Origin: Opitutaceae bacterium
Lineage (GTDB): Bacteria; Verrucomicrobiota; Verrucomicrobiia; Opitutales; Opitutaceae
Length of the DNA stretch: 64,000 nt
NCBI GenBank assembly: GCA_047602505.1
Contig: JASGHD010000001.1
Location: forward strand, 2,911,929 to 2,975,928
Reading direction: 5' to 3'
The translations under genes were made by a program, and so were the position numbers. Of the stretch, positions 27,146 through 36,722 are shown piece after piece (position 1 is the stretch's first letter; every line of letters starts with the position of its first letter). The notes under the pieces are model-generated. The model did no database searches. It was not told the DNA's origin and was given only the letters and a program-made list of their open reading frames with translations.

Positions 27146-28270
27146 TCAGCTCAGGCGGACCGGCATGATCACGCAGAGGAAGCTCTCGAGCGTCTTGAAC
27201 ACGCCGGGGCTCACCTCGTCCTTCAGCTCGAAGAAGACCTGATCCTTGTTCAGGGCCTTGAGGGGATCCATCACGAACTGCGGATTGAACGCGACCTGCA
27301 ACTCCGGGCCGGCGTACTCGATCGCCATCGATTCGTGCGCATCGCCGAAGTCCGGGCTCGAAGCGGTGATCTCGAGGAGGTTGTTGCTGAGCTTCAGCTT
27401 CACCGAGTTCGACTTCTCGCTCGTGACGAGCGCGGCGCGGTGCACGCACTGGAGGAAGAGCTCGCGCTCGAGCTTGATGCGCTGGTGCGTCTCCTTCGGC
27501 ACAACCTGGTTGTAGTTCGGGTAGTTGCCGTCGACGACCTTCGAGAAGAGGTAGATGTTGTCGATGAGACCGTTGTCACCGACCTTGTCGGTGCCGATCT
27601 CGAAGGCCGAGCGTTTCTCGGTGACGGCGAGGCGGACCTTCGTGCCCTTGTCGAGCATGCGGACGAGCTCGGACACGGTTTTGGCAGGCAGGATGATGTT
27701 GCCGGCGCCTTCGGGCGAGGTGAGGTCCTTGCTGGTGAGCGCGAGGCGGCGGCCGTCGGTGGCGACCAGCGTGAGCTTGCTGTCGCGGAAGCTGAAATAG
27801 ACGCCGTTGAGGATGTAACGCGTCTCATCGGAGGACTGCGCGTAGGAGACGCTCTTGAGCATCGTCGCGAGCTCCTCCTGCTCGAGCGTGACGGCTTTCT
27901 CGTCGGCGAACTCGGGCATCGGCGGGAACTCCTCCTTGCCCATGCCCATGATCTTGAACGCGGAACCGCCGGAGGTGATCTTCGCCTGGTGGCTCGGCGT
28001 GGTATCGACTGCGACGTCGATGTTGGGCAGCTCGCGCACGATCGTGGCGAGGCGTTTCACCGGGAGAGTGATCGCGCCGGCTTCCTTCACCTCCGCCTTG
28101 ATCTTGCAGCGGATGCCGAGGTCGAGATTCGTCGTCGCCAGCGAGATATGGTCCTTGTCCGCCTCGATCAGCACATTGCTGAGGATGGGCATCGTGGCCT
28201 TCGAGCCGACGACATTGAGCACTTGGGCGAGGCCGTTGCTGAAGTGGTCGCGGTTGATTCGGAATTTCAT
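27146..28270 (-). CDS. dnaN: DNA polymerase III beta subunit (sliding clamp).
   Basis: [53 protein letters not shown] is a canonical DnaN N-terminus; 374 aa. Confidence 0.9.
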   Translation of the reverse strand: MKFRINRDHFSNGLAQVLNVVGSKATMPILSNVLIEADKDHISLATTNLDLGIRCKIKAEVKEAGAITLPVKRLATIVRELPNIDVAVDTTPSHQAKITSGGSAFKIMGMGKEEFPPMPEFADEKAVTLEQEELATMLKSVSYAQSSDETRYILNGVYFSFRDSKLTLVATDGRRLALTSKDLTSPEGAGNIILPAKTVSELVRMLDKGTKVRLAVTEKRSAFEIGTDKVGDNGLIDNIYLFSKVVDGNYPNYNQVVPKETHQRIKLERELFLQCVHRAALVTSEKSNSVKLKLSNNLLEITASSPDFGDAHESMAIEYAGPELQVAFNPQFVMDPLKALNKDQVFFELKDEVSPGVFKTLESFLCVIMPVRLS

Positions 28271-28482
28271 GCGGGACAGGACAAGTGTTAAGGGGTGGTT
28301 GCTGACAGGAGAGTGGATTGGGAGAAGAAAGAACTACAGATTATTCTTCCTATTATGGGGTGTGAACAACGCGGATTTGGCGCGCGCGCCGACGTTTTTC
28401 AGAGGGGAGCGGAAGCGCCGGGCCGGTGTGAGCAACTTCCGCGGAGTTGTCGGCAAACTCCGGGTTCGGCACCGCCGGCCGG

Positions 28483-29391
28483 TTATGGGGATTTTGTTGG
28501 ATGGTTACTCACACCCGCGTTGTGGGGAACTCCGTGGCGGCGGGTATGCCAGTGGCGGCGGAGGTGGCGGACGATGCCGAACGCGATGTAGCTCAGGAAC
28601 AGCACCAGGAACGAGATCTCCTGCAGCTTCCACATCAACGCGCCGACGATCAGCAGCACGATGAAGGTCCACAGCCGCGTTTTCGTCTGCCAGTCGACCT
28701 TCTTGAAGCTCGGGTAGCGGATCGTGCTGACCATCAGAAACGAGATGAGCAGCAACAGCAGCGGCAGCGCGAAGGTGGTTTTCTGTAGCGAGCGCTCGTT
28801 GTCGGCAAGGTGGAGCAGGAACAACACGAGCGAGGCCACGGCGCCGGCGGCGGCGGGCACGGGCAGGCCGAGGAAATCCTTGTTCGATTCGTGTTCGGCG
28901 CGCTGGAGCAGGGGGTTCGTGATGACGTTGAATCGTGCGAGCCGGACCGCCGCGCAAAGCAGGTAGATGAACGCCACGAACCAGCCGAGCTCACGGAACC
29001 ACTGGTAGCCTTCCTGCGGCGCAAGGATGAGGAAGAATACCATCAACGCCGGCGCGATGCCGAACGACACGACATCGGCGAGCGAGTCGAACTCTGCGCC
29101 GAAGAGCGAGGTGCGCCCGCCCATGCGCGCAAGCCGGCCGTCGAGCGAATCGAAAAGCACCGCCGCGAGGATGAACCACACCGCCTGGATGTAGTACTCG
29201 CGCGGCAGGTGGTTCATGTGCGCGGCGGCAAACTGGCCGCCGTCGGCGATCAGGCGGGCCTGGATGCACTTGATCACCGCCACGAAGCCGCAGAACAGGT
29301 TTCCCGCCGTCATCAGGTTCGGCAAGAAATAGATCCGGCTCGCCTGGGTTACGTTGTAGGGATTCTCGCGTGAATGGAGGTCCGACGGCAT
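28483..29391 (-). CDS. pssA: CDP-alcohol phosphatidyltransferase, most like CDP-diacylglycerol--serine O-phosphatidyltransferase.
   Basis: Motif DSLDGRLARMGGRTSLFGAEFDSLADVVSFG (D-G-x2-A-R…G-x3-D-x3-D) on a multi-TM protein. Confidence 0.75.
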   Translation of the reverse strand: MPSDLHSRENPYNVTQASRIYFLPNLMTAGNLFCGFVAVIKCIQARLIADGGQFAAAHMNHLPREYYIQAVWFILAAVLFDSLDGRLARMGGRTSLFGAEFDSLADVVSFGIAPALMVFFLILAPQEGYQWFRELGWFVAFIYLLCAAVRLARFNVITNPLLQRAEHESNKDFLGLPVPAAAGAVASLVLFLLHLADNERSLQKTTFALPLLLLLISFLMVSTIRYPSFKKVDWQTKTRLWTFIVLLIVGALMWKLQEISFLVLFLSYIAFGIVRHLRRHWHTRRHGVPHNAGVSNHPTKSP

Positions 29392-29418
29392 GGCTGCGGG
29401 CGCTCGCGGGCTGGCGCG

Positions 29419-29769
29419 CTATTTGGTGAGGCTCTCGAGATATTTCCAGAACTTCGAATGCTGCTCGACCAGCTGCTGATCGCTCACCGGCAACTTGGTG
29501 CGGAAAAGGAAATCCTCGAGCGAGTTCCGGTGCAGGATCCACTGGACGTGCAAGGTGTCGCCGTTGCGTTCGAAATAGAAACGGAAATCCCCCGAGCGCA
29601 GCCGGTAGAATGTGTGACCCTCGCGGCTAAATTGCCCGAGCGGCTCGCGCGGCTGCGCCAACTGGGCGGCCGTGAGGCTCCCGAGCGGCTCGATCACCTC
29701 GAGCTGGGCCAGCTTGTCGAGCTTGTTGAGCTCCTTGACGCTCTGATCGGAAAACGTGACCTGAAACAT
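29419..29769 (-). CDS. RelE/ParE-like type II toxin homologue (orphan; no adjacent antitoxin ORF).
   Basis: MFQVTFSDQSVKELNKLDK…HTFYRLRSGDFRFYFERNGDTLHVQWILHRNS resembles the RelE/ParE fold pattern (…yRlRvGdyRiiYe…HRk). It sits in a locally lower-GC patch. Confidence 0.4.
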   Translation of the reverse strand: MFQVTFSDQSVKELNKLDKLAQLEVIEPLGSLTAAQLAQPREPLGQFSREGHTFYRLRSGDFRFYFERNGDTLHVQWILHRNSLEDFLFRTKLPVSDQQLVEQHSKFWKYLESLTK

Positions 29770-29970
29770 GGTTGGAGGCCCGCCACCATGGGCAGGGTTT
29801 GCGGTCGCGCGAATTTCGGCCCGCGTCTTCCTGCCCGCAATCCCAAATCGGATCGCTTCGCACCGCCGTCCACACGAGAGAAGCACGCCCTGACCGCGCC
29901 GTTCGACAGCGACGATTCTCCCGCTAGCCTCCGCCGTCCCTCCGCTTTCCCGCCACTCACCATCGATCCA

Positions 29971-30450
29971 ATGAAGAAAGTGAATCTCCGCGACATCCCC
30001 GTTGAAAACTGGAGCTCCCCGAAAGGAAATTTCTCTTCCACCGACCAGGAGATTTCGGTGGCACTGGGCCGCGAGCCGCTCTCGACCGATCTCACGCGTC
30101 GCCATCCCTTCGACGTGGATCTCTGCCGGATCCCGCCTGGCAGGGCCGCGTGCCCATATCACTCGCACAGTGCGCAATGGGAGTACTATCAGGTGCTCGC
30201 CGGCCGCGGCACCGTGCGCCACGCCGGCGGCGATACCGCGATCGCCCCGGGCGATTGTTTTCTCTTCGCGCCGGGCGAGCCGCACCAGCTTCGGGCCGCG
30301 GTGGACGAGGAACTCCAGGTCCTCATCGTCGCCGACAACCCGCTCGGCGAATCCTGCCATTATCCCGACAGCGACAAGTGGCTTGTGCGCTCCCCCGAAC
30401 GCCGCCTGATCCGCTCCACGCCGCTCGACTACCTCGACGGCGAGGAGTGA
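29971..30450 (+). CDS. Cupin-domain protein.
   Basis: Two-His-containing cupin motifs HSHSAQWEYYQVLAGRGTV and PGDCFLFAPGEPHQL. Confidence 0.7.
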   Translation: MKKVNLRDIPVENWSSPKGNFSSTDQEISVALGREPLSTDLTRRHPFDVDLCRIPPGRAACPYHSHSAQWEYYQVLAGRGTVRHAGGDTAIAPGDCFLFAPGEPHQLRAAVDEELQVLIVADNPLGESCHYPDSDKWLVRSPERRLIRSTPLDYLDGEE

Positions 30451-30621
30451 GTGCGCGCACTCGTGTGCGCGCGGCGGTGGGCGTCACGGCCCGGTGGGGT
30501 TGCGCGGTTCGCGGAGTCACCGGCATGGTTCGGCCACCACGCATCGCCGCTCGAAACCGGTGAACAGCATTGTAATACCCACGACGCGCGGTATCTGCGA
30601 TGCTGTCCCCGGCGAATCCCC

Positions 30622-31233
30622 ATGATCACCCTCGCCCTCATCGAACGCGTCAACGATTGGTGGAACGAGCTCACGCTCGCCAAGCAGTTCTTCTACGGCA
30701 TCGGCCTCGTCGCCGGTCTCGTCTCCCTCGTGCTCATGGTCCTCTCCATGATCGGCATGGACCACGACGACGCTGTCGACGCGATCGGCTCGCCCGATGC
30801 CGCCGGTGCGCACGACGGCGACGGCGGTGGCGGGATCTTTTCCGTGAAGCCGCTCACGGGCTTTTTCCTCGGCTTCGGCTGGGCCGGCGGACTGGCGCTC
30901 GACGCCGGGCTCCCGTTCTTCGCCGCCATCGCCTGTGCGCTCGGCGCAGGCGGGCTGATCATGGCCGTCATCGTGCTCATGTTCCGCGCGATCCTCGCGA
31001 TGCGCAGCGATGGCACCGCGCGCATCGAAGATGCCGTCGGCGCGGTCGGCACCGTCTATCTCACCCTCCCGCCCGCGAAGGCCGCGGGCGGCCAAGTCGT
31101 CGTCAATTTCAGAGGACGCCAGGAAACGTACGCCGCGCTCAGCGCCGCGCCCGCTCCGATCGCCAGCGGCGAGAAGATCAAGGTCCTCGCCGTCGTCGAC
31201 AGCCGCACCGTCCTCGTCGAGCCGCTCGCCTGA
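30622..31233 (+). CDS. NfeD-like membrane protein (YqiJ-like), partner of flotillin.
   Basis: N-terminal TM helices and a C-terminal OB-like segment VGTVYLTLPPAKAAGGQVVVNFRGRQETYAALS…KIKVLAVVDSRTVLVEP. Immediately upstream of the flotillin gene. Confidence 0.7.
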   Translation: MITLALIERVNDWWNELTLAKQFFYGIGLVAGLVSLVLMVLSMIGMDHDDAVDAIGSPDAAGAHDGDGGGGIFSVKPLTGFFLGFGWAGGLALDAGLPFFAAIACALGAGGLIMAVIVLMFRAILAMRSDGTARIEDAVGAVGTVYLTLPPAKAAGGQVVVNFRGRQETYAALSAAPAPIASGEKIKVLAVVDSRTVLVEPLA

Positions 31234-31285
31234 CGGTGTCGCGCCGTCGTCGCAGCGTTTCGCTCCCTCGTCTTTCACCCCAATC

Positions 31286-32716
31286 ATGGAAATCATCCAC
31301 ATCATCCTGATCGCATTCGCGGTCGTGTTCGTCCTCATCGTCGCGATGACGCTCATCTCGCGTTATCGCATGTGTCCGCCGGACCGGATCCTGGTGGTCT
31401 ACGGCAAGCTGGCGAACGGCCTGTCTTCGAAATGTTACCACGGCGGCTCGACGTTCGTGATCCCGTTCTTCCAGAGCTACGCGTACCTCGACCTCACTCC
31501 GATCAACATCGAGATCGAGCTCAAGGGCGCCCTCTCCAGCCAGAACATCCGCATCGACGCGCCCGCCTCGTTCACCATCGGCATCTCCACCGAGACCGAG
31601 GTGATGCAGAACGCCGCCACCCGCCTCCTCGGCCGCACGCTCGACGAGGTGCAGCAGCTCGCCTCCGAGATCATCATGGGCCAGATGCGCGTCGTGTTCG
31701 CCTCGATGACCATCGAGGAGATCAACAACGACCGCGAAAAGCTCATCGGGCTCATCACCAAGGGAGTCGAGGTCGAGCTCCACAAGGTCGGTCTGCGCAT
31801 GATCAACGGCAACATCCGCGACATCCGCGATCTCTCCGGCTACATCGACGCGCTCGGCAAGGAAGCCGCCGCGAAGGCGATCAACGACGCGCAGATCAAG
31901 GTTGCCCAGGAGAATCAGCGCGGTGCCATCGGCCGCGCCGAGGCCGAGCGTGAGCAGGCGATCCGCGTCGCCAACGCCCAGGCCGAGGCGCGCAAGGGCC
32001 AGAACACCGCGCAGGTCGTCATCGCGAAATCCGACGCCGATCTCGCCTCCGAACAGGCCGAGGCGAAGCGCCGCATCGAGGCCGCGCAGAAGGTCGCCGA
32101 AGCCCGCGCTCTGCAGGAAGGCTACAAGGCGCAGCAGGAGGCCGAGCTCGCCCGCGCCGCCCGCGAGAAGGCGCAGCAGCAGGCGGATCTCATCGTGAAG
32201 GCGGAGATCGAGAAGGAGCGGATGCGTATCGACGCTGAGGCGACCGCCCAGCAGGCGCGGCTCATCCAGGAGGGCGAATCCGCCGCCTACGTCATCCAGA
32301 AACAGGCCGAGGCCGAGGGCGTGAAGCGGGTCGCCGAGGGCGAGGCGGCCGGCATCCGCGCCAAGCTCGTCGCCGAGGCCGAGGGCACGCAGGCGCTGCT
32401 CGATGCGAAGGCCGCCGGTTTCGACAAGCTCCTCAAGGTCTCGCACGACGCGCAGGGCGCCACGCAGCTCCTCATCGCGGAGAACATCGTCCGCATCGCC
32501 GAGATCCAGGCGGGCGCGATCAAGGGCCTCGAGTTCGAGAAGGTCGTCGTCATGGGCGGCGGAGCCAACGGCTCCGGCCCCGGCCAATTCGTGCAGGACC
32601 TCTACAAGGGCGTGCTGCCGATCAACGAGCTCGCGAAGAACGTCGGCCTCAATCTCCCGAGCTTCCTCGGCACGCCGTCCGCCGAGCCCAAGCTCGACGA
32701 CCGCGCCAAGAACTGA
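31286..32716 (+). CDS. Flotillin-family SPFH-domain protein (YqiK-like).
   Basis: N-terminal TM helix, SPFH domain, and a long Ala/Glu/Gln-rich coiled-coil (AEAEREQAIRVANAQAEARKGQ…). Confidence 0.85.
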   Translation: MEIIHIILIAFAVVFVLIVAMTLISRYRMCPPDRILVVYGKLANGLSSKCYHGGSTFVIPFFQSYAYLDLTPINIEIELKGALSSQNIRIDAPASFTIGISTETEVMQNAATRLLGRTLDEVQQLASEIIMGQMRVVFASMTIEEINNDREKLIGLITKGVEVELHKVGLRMINGNIRDIRDLSGYIDALGKEAAAKAINDAQIKVAQENQRGAIGRAEAEREQAIRVANAQAEARKGQNTAQVVIAKSDADLASEQAEAKRRIEAAQKVAEARALQEGYKAQQEAELARAAREKAQQQADLIVKAEIEKERMRIDAEATAQQARLIQEGESAAYVIQKQAEAEGVKRVAEGEAAGIRAKLVAEAEGTQALLDAKAAGFDKLLKVSHDAQGATQLLIAENIVRIAEIQAGAIKGLEFEKVVVMGGGANGSGPGQFVQDLYKGVLPINELAKNVGLNLPSFLGTPSAEPKLDDRAKN

Positions 32717-32741
32717 ACCCGGCCGTTCGCCTTCGATGAAT

Positions 32742-32778
32742 CCGGGCGCCCGAGAGGGCGCCCGTTTTTTGTTTGGCC
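32742..32778 (+). terminator. Rho-independent terminator after the flotillin gene.
   Basis: GGGCGCCCGAGAGGGCGCCC hairpin followed by GTTTTTTGTTTGG. Confidence 0.6.
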
Positions 32779-33090
32779 GGCGGACGGCGCGCCCGGAGAC
32801 GATAACGGGCGCCGAGGAAGGCGGCGCCCGTTAGTTCGTTCTGCCAATCAACCCCACACTACAAACTAGCGCACGCCCACCGTAACCAGAATTTCCGGCC
32901 ACGAAAGAGGCGAGTGGCGGCGAGATGGTGTTTCACAGATCGGTGACCGGCCGTTCGCGCAAAGTTTACGCTGCACCAGCGGCGACGCAGTGTCGCCCGC
33001 GCGCGGCGATCCCCTCGCAGGAACCTGCGGACGCTCTGCGGTTGCGCCGGCGAGGGCTCTCGACGACGCTGCGCTCTCCCCAGGAACCGC

Positions 33091-34416
33091 ATGAAAACTC
33101 CCCTCTGCCTGCTACCCCTCGCCTTGAGCCTGCTCGCCGTCGCGGCGGTCCCGCGGGTCGGCGCCGCGGTCGACGTTTCCGCCATCGAAAACCTGCGGCC
33201 GGCGCTACCGGTCATCCCCGATCGTGTATTCAATCTCTTCGATTTCGGCGGCGTGGGCGACGGCCGGACCGACAACACCGCCGCCTTCGCGCGCGCGATC
33301 GCCGCGGTGGAGGCGGCCGGTGGCGGCCGCCTGCTCGTGCCCGCCGGCGTTTTCGTAACCGGGCCGTTTGCCCTCTGCTCGCAGCTCGAGCTCCACCTCG
33401 CGGAAGGAGCCACTATCCAGGCGCCGGATTCCTTCGCCGCGCAGCAGCTGCCGGATCCGGCGAGCTTCCGCACGCAAGCCGAGCTCAAGGCGGCCTTCCC
33501 GGAGGCGCCCCCGCCGCTGATCCACGGGCGCAAGCTGCACGATGTGGCGATCACCGGTTCCGGCACGATCGATGGCCGCGGCGAGCATTGGTGGGTCTGG
33601 TCCGAGCGTGCCGCGCGCAAAGTCGCGACCACCGAGCCCGGCCGACTTGTCGTCCCGCGACCGCACCTTGTGGTTATCGAACGCTGCGAACGACTTCGCA
33701 TCGCCGATATCACTCTGCGCCACTCGCCGAAATTCCACCTCGTCCCGCGTTTCATCACCGATCTCACCATCGAGCGCGTGAAGGTGCGCGCGCCCTTCGA
33801 CGCCCCGAACACCGACGCCATCGATCCCGGCCCGGGCACGAACTTCCTCATCCGCGGCTGCGATATCGACACCGGCGACGACGATATCGTGCTCAAACGC
33901 GGCGCCACCAATGTCCTCATCGAGGACTGCACGATCCGCCACGGCCACGGCATCTCGATTGGGTCGGAAACCTCCGACGGCGTTGCCAACGTCCTCGTCC
34001 GCCGCTGCACGCTGACCGGCACCGACAACGGCCTCCGGATCAAATCCATGCGCGGCGCCGGCGGACTCGTGCGCAACATCCGTTACACCGACATCCGCAT
34101 GTCCGGCGTGCCGAACGCGATCGTGCTCGACCTGACCTACGTCGACAACAACCGCCCGGATTTCCGCGGTGATCCCGCACTCGTTCCCATGATACGCGAT
34201 GTCCTGCTCGACCACGTCACGATCGAAGGATCCGAAAGAGCCGGACGCATCCTCGGTCTCCCCGACAGCCGCATCATCGGCATCACGCTGCGCGACACGA
34301 CCATCACCGCCGAGAAGGACCTCGTTGTGCGTGACGCCGACGAGCCCGTCTTCGAAAACGTCACCCGCAACATCGCCAAAGGCGTTGCCCCGAAACGGCA
34401 GGAGTACGTCGAGTAG
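33091..34416 (+). CDS. Glycoside hydrolase family 28 (polygalacturonase / rhamnogalacturonase-like), secreted.
   Basis: Signal peptide present. All four GH28 motifs are present: NTDAIDPG, DTGDDDIVLK, RHGHGISIGSE, GLRIKSMRG. Confidence 0.85.
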   Translation: MKTPLCLLPLALSLLAVAAVPRVGAAVDVSAIENLRPALPVIPDRVFNLFDFGGVGDGRTDNTAAFARAIAAVEAAGGGRLLVPAGVFVTGPFALCSQLELHLAEGATIQAPDSFAAQQLPDPASFRTQAELKAAFPEAPPPLIHGRKLHDVAITGSGTIDGRGEHWWVWSERAARKVATTEPGRLVVPRPHLVVIERCERLRIADITLRHSPKFHLVPRFITDLTIERVKVRAPFDAPNTDAIDPGPGTNFLIRGCDIDTGDDDIVLKRGATNVLIEDCTIRHGHGISIGSETSDGVANVLVRRCTLTGTDNGLRIKSMRGAGGLVRNIRYTDIRMSGVPNAIVLDLTYVDNNRPDFRGDPALVPMIRDVLLDHVTIEGSERAGRILGLPDSRIIGITLRDTTITAEKDLVVRDADEPVFENVTRNIAKGVAPKRQEYVE

Positions 34417-34508
34417 CCGCGGAAGATTCGAAGAGCCGGACTGATGGCGGGAGCGGCGCGCTCTTGCTCCGCCCTGCCACAGAGGCGTGGGCCTGCCACG
34501 CGAAGCGC

Positions 34509-34964
34509 CTAGTCTTTCTGCGGCGCCGGCGCGGCGGCCCCATTCTCGACAGGCTCGATTGTGGATTCCATTCCCAGGCGCTGAAGGCGACGGCTCGCGA
34601 GACGGCGCAGCTCGGCGCGTTTTTCCGGCGGGAGTTCGGCGCCGATGCGCAGCAGCGTGGCGGCGATCGTGCGACGCGTGCGCTGGACCGTCTCCACGCG
34701 GAGCGAACGGAGCTCTGTCGCGGTGCGGGCGAACTCGCGATGCACGGCGGCGGCCTGCGTTTCGTCGAGCGCGAGTTCGTCCACGAGGCGTTTCTCGATC
34801 CGCCCCGCCGCGCGCTCGAACCGGCCTGGCGCGGCCGCCGGCTCGCGCAGGAGCGCGCGGGTGTGGCGCACGCCGTAACCGATCGTGCCGAGCACGCCCA
34901 CGGCGATGCCGGTCATGAAGATGAAGAACGCGGCGAGCAGCGCCTTCCAGTGCAGCGTGATCAT
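34509..34964 (-). CDS. Small membrane-anchored periplasmic protein, possibly Spy/CpxP-like (LTxxQ-type); third gene of an ECF sigma operon.
   Basis: Start MITLHWKALLAAFFIFMTGIAVGVLG (TM helix) followed by a helical region with LDETQAAAVHREF. Its start overlaps the upstream stop codon (ATGA). Confidence 0.5.
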   Translation of the reverse strand: MITLHWKALLAAFFIFMTGIAVGVLGTIGYGVRHTRALLREPAAAPGRFERAAGRIEKRLVDELALDETQAAAVHREFARTATELRSLRVETVQRTRRTIAATLLRIGAELPPEKRAELRRLASRRLQRLGMESTIEPVENGAAAPAPQKD

Positions 34965-35275
34965 AACGAGTCCTCCAACGCCGAGCCGACGAGATCGGCC
35001 CACGGCTCCAGTTGGCTCCAGGTGTCGTTCGCCAGCCAGACGGCGACGACGAGCGCGAGCGCGGCGAAGCTGCCGCAGCCGGCAAGGCGGCGGGGCGTGG
35101 CGAAGAGGGCGGCGAAATCGTCGAGCCACGTGCGCGCGGGCGGCGGCGGGGCGGCGGCCGCGGTGCGCGCGGCGTGCAGCGCGGCGGACGGATCGAGCTG
35201 CGGTGGCACGTCGGCCCGGGCGCGGGCGGCGAGGCGCGCCCACTTGGCGTCGGAAGATTCGGGTGACGGATTCAT
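34961..35275 (-). CDS. Putative anti-sigma factor (single TM helix).
   Basis: Its ATGA overlap with the ECF sigma stop implies translational coupling. TM helix FAALALVVAVWLAN. Confidence 0.5.
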   Translation of the reverse strand: MNPSPESSDAKWARLAARARADVPPQLDPSAALHAARTAAAAPPPPARTWLDDFAALFATPRRLAGCGSFAALALVVAVWLANDTWSQLEPWADLVGSALEDSL

Positions 35276-35883
35276 GGGAGATCGTGTTTCTTCAGAAGGG
35301 ATTGCAGCCGGCGACGCGCGCGGAAGGCGCGCAGCTTCGTCGCGGGGCCGGACCAGCCGAGCAGCTCGCCGATGCGGGCGAATTCCCAGCCCTCGAGGTA
35401 GTGGAGCGTGAGCAGCGTGCGGTCGTCGGGCGGCAGATGCGCGAGCAGCGCCTTCGCCTCATCGGCGGCGAGGCGCGCGGCGGGATCGGTGTCCGGGGCG
35501 ATCGCCTCGGGAGGAGGGGCGTCGGGATCGGGCGAGGGCGGGGCGGCCCAACGGCTGCGCACGGCCTCGCGGCGGCAGTGGTCGCGGCCGGCGTTCACGG
35601 CCACGCGTCGCAACCAGTGGAGAAACGGCTGCTCGGCGCGCCAGCTCGGCAGCGCGCGGACGAGGCGCACGAACACGTCCTGCACCAGATCCTCGAGATC
35701 GGCGCGGCGGCGGGCGAAGCGCCACATCAGCCGTGTCACCTCGGCGTGGTGACGCCGCACCAGCGCGTCGAGCGCGGCGCGGTCGCCGGCCTGGGCGGCG
35801 GCGACGAGCGCGGCGTCGTCGGGACCGGAGGGCCCCGCGGATTCGGCGGGCGGTGTTGGCGGCGCGACGGGCAACGGGTTCAA
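35272..35883 (-). CDS. ECF RNA polymerase sigma factor.
   Basis: Region 2 DLVQDVFVRLVRALPSWRAEQPFLHWLRRVAVNAGRDHCR and region 4 TLHYLEGWEFARIGELLGWSGPATKLRAFRARRRL. Confidence 0.8.
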   Translation of the reverse strand: MNPLPVAPPTPPAESAGPSGPDDAALVAAAQAGDRAALDALVRRHHAEVTRLMWRFARRRADLEDLVQDVFVRLVRALPSWRAEQPFLHWLRRVAVNAGRDHCRREAVRSRWAAPPSPDPDAPPPEAIAPDTDPAARLAADEAKALLAHLPPDDRTLLTLHYLEGWEFARIGELLGWSGPATKLRAFRARRRLQSLLKKHDLP

Positions 35884-36007
35884 CGGAAAGTCGGGTCGGG
35901 CCGCGGTTTCAAGGAACGAAAGGTGGCGGAGCGGTTGTTCGCCGGAGGCGGGTCATTCCGCGGGAGGGCTGCTCTCGCGAGCCGCTCCACCGATGAAGTG
36001 GCGAGGC

Positions 36008-36580
36008 TCAGTTGTCGCCGTTGTCGTGCGAGCGGGTCACGGTGCGAGTCTTGCCGTCGGGCGTTTTCGATACGTCGACTTCCTTCGTGGTCGAGCGGCC
36101 GTCGGGACCGGTGCGGGTGATGACGCGGGTATGGCCGTCGTCGGTGCGCGTCGTGGTGGCGTCGACGGTGGCCGTTTTGCCCTCGGCGTTGGTGAACGCG
36201 GCGTGCGAGGAGCGGCCGGTTTCGGTCTTCTGCGAGGAGGCGGTGTACGTGCCGGTCTCGCCGTTGAAACGTTGGTAGGTGCCCTGTGCGGAGGTGGAGC
36301 CGTCGGCGTTTTTCTGGAAGGTGCCGGAGCGGCCGGCGGTGCGGCCGTCGGGACGCGTGGTCTTCGTGGCGATGGTGCCGGTCTTGGTGGAGCTGTCCCA
36401 GGTGCGATCGACGCTGTGGGTCGTCGTCTGCCCGCGGTTGTTGGTGGTGCTGGTCTCGCGATGCGAGGTGCCGCGCTCGCGTTCGGCGGTGCGCGTGCGG
36501 GTGCGCGCCTCGGCGGGCGCGGTGGCGAGCAGGGTGCAGGCGGCGAGGGCGAGAAGAAGCTTGGCGGAAGTGTGGCTCAT
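36008..36580 (-). CDS. Secreted Thr/Gly/Arg-rich low-complexity protein.
   Basis: Signal peptide MSHTSAKLLLALAACTLLATAPAEA, then a T-rich composition. Located directly upstream of the ECF sigma gene on the same strand. Confidence 0.45.
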   Translation of the reverse strand: MSHTSAKLLLALAACTLLATAPAEARTRTRTAERERGTSHRETSTTNNRGQTTTHSVDRTWDSSTKTGTIATKTTRPDGRTAGRSGTFQKNADGSTSAQGTYQRFNGETGTYTASSQKTETGRSSHAAFTNAEGKTATVDATTTRTDDGHTRVITRTGPDGRSTTKEVDVSKTPDGKTRTVTRSHDNGDN

Positions 36581-36722
36581 GTTGGTGATGGGTTACGCCG
36601 CACCAAACGCGCGAGCGGGCGGTGGGTTTCAGAGAAATTCCGGTCGCGCGGACCGAGCCCGACCTTCCGGAGCGGGGCTGATGGCCCCGCGCGAAACGTT
36701 TTTGCGCCGTTCTCCGTCCCGC

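Noticed and set aside
28271-28482. Possible oriC / DnaA-box cluster upstream of dnaN.
   Set aside because: The region is AT-richer but I could find no good TTATCCACA/TGTGGATAA matches, only weak TTATGGGG-like sites. No dnaA is adjacent.
28295-28591. 98-aa ORF in the dnaN-pssA intergenic region.
   Set aside because: It overlaps the pssA 3' end in another frame, with no motifs. It is likely spurious.
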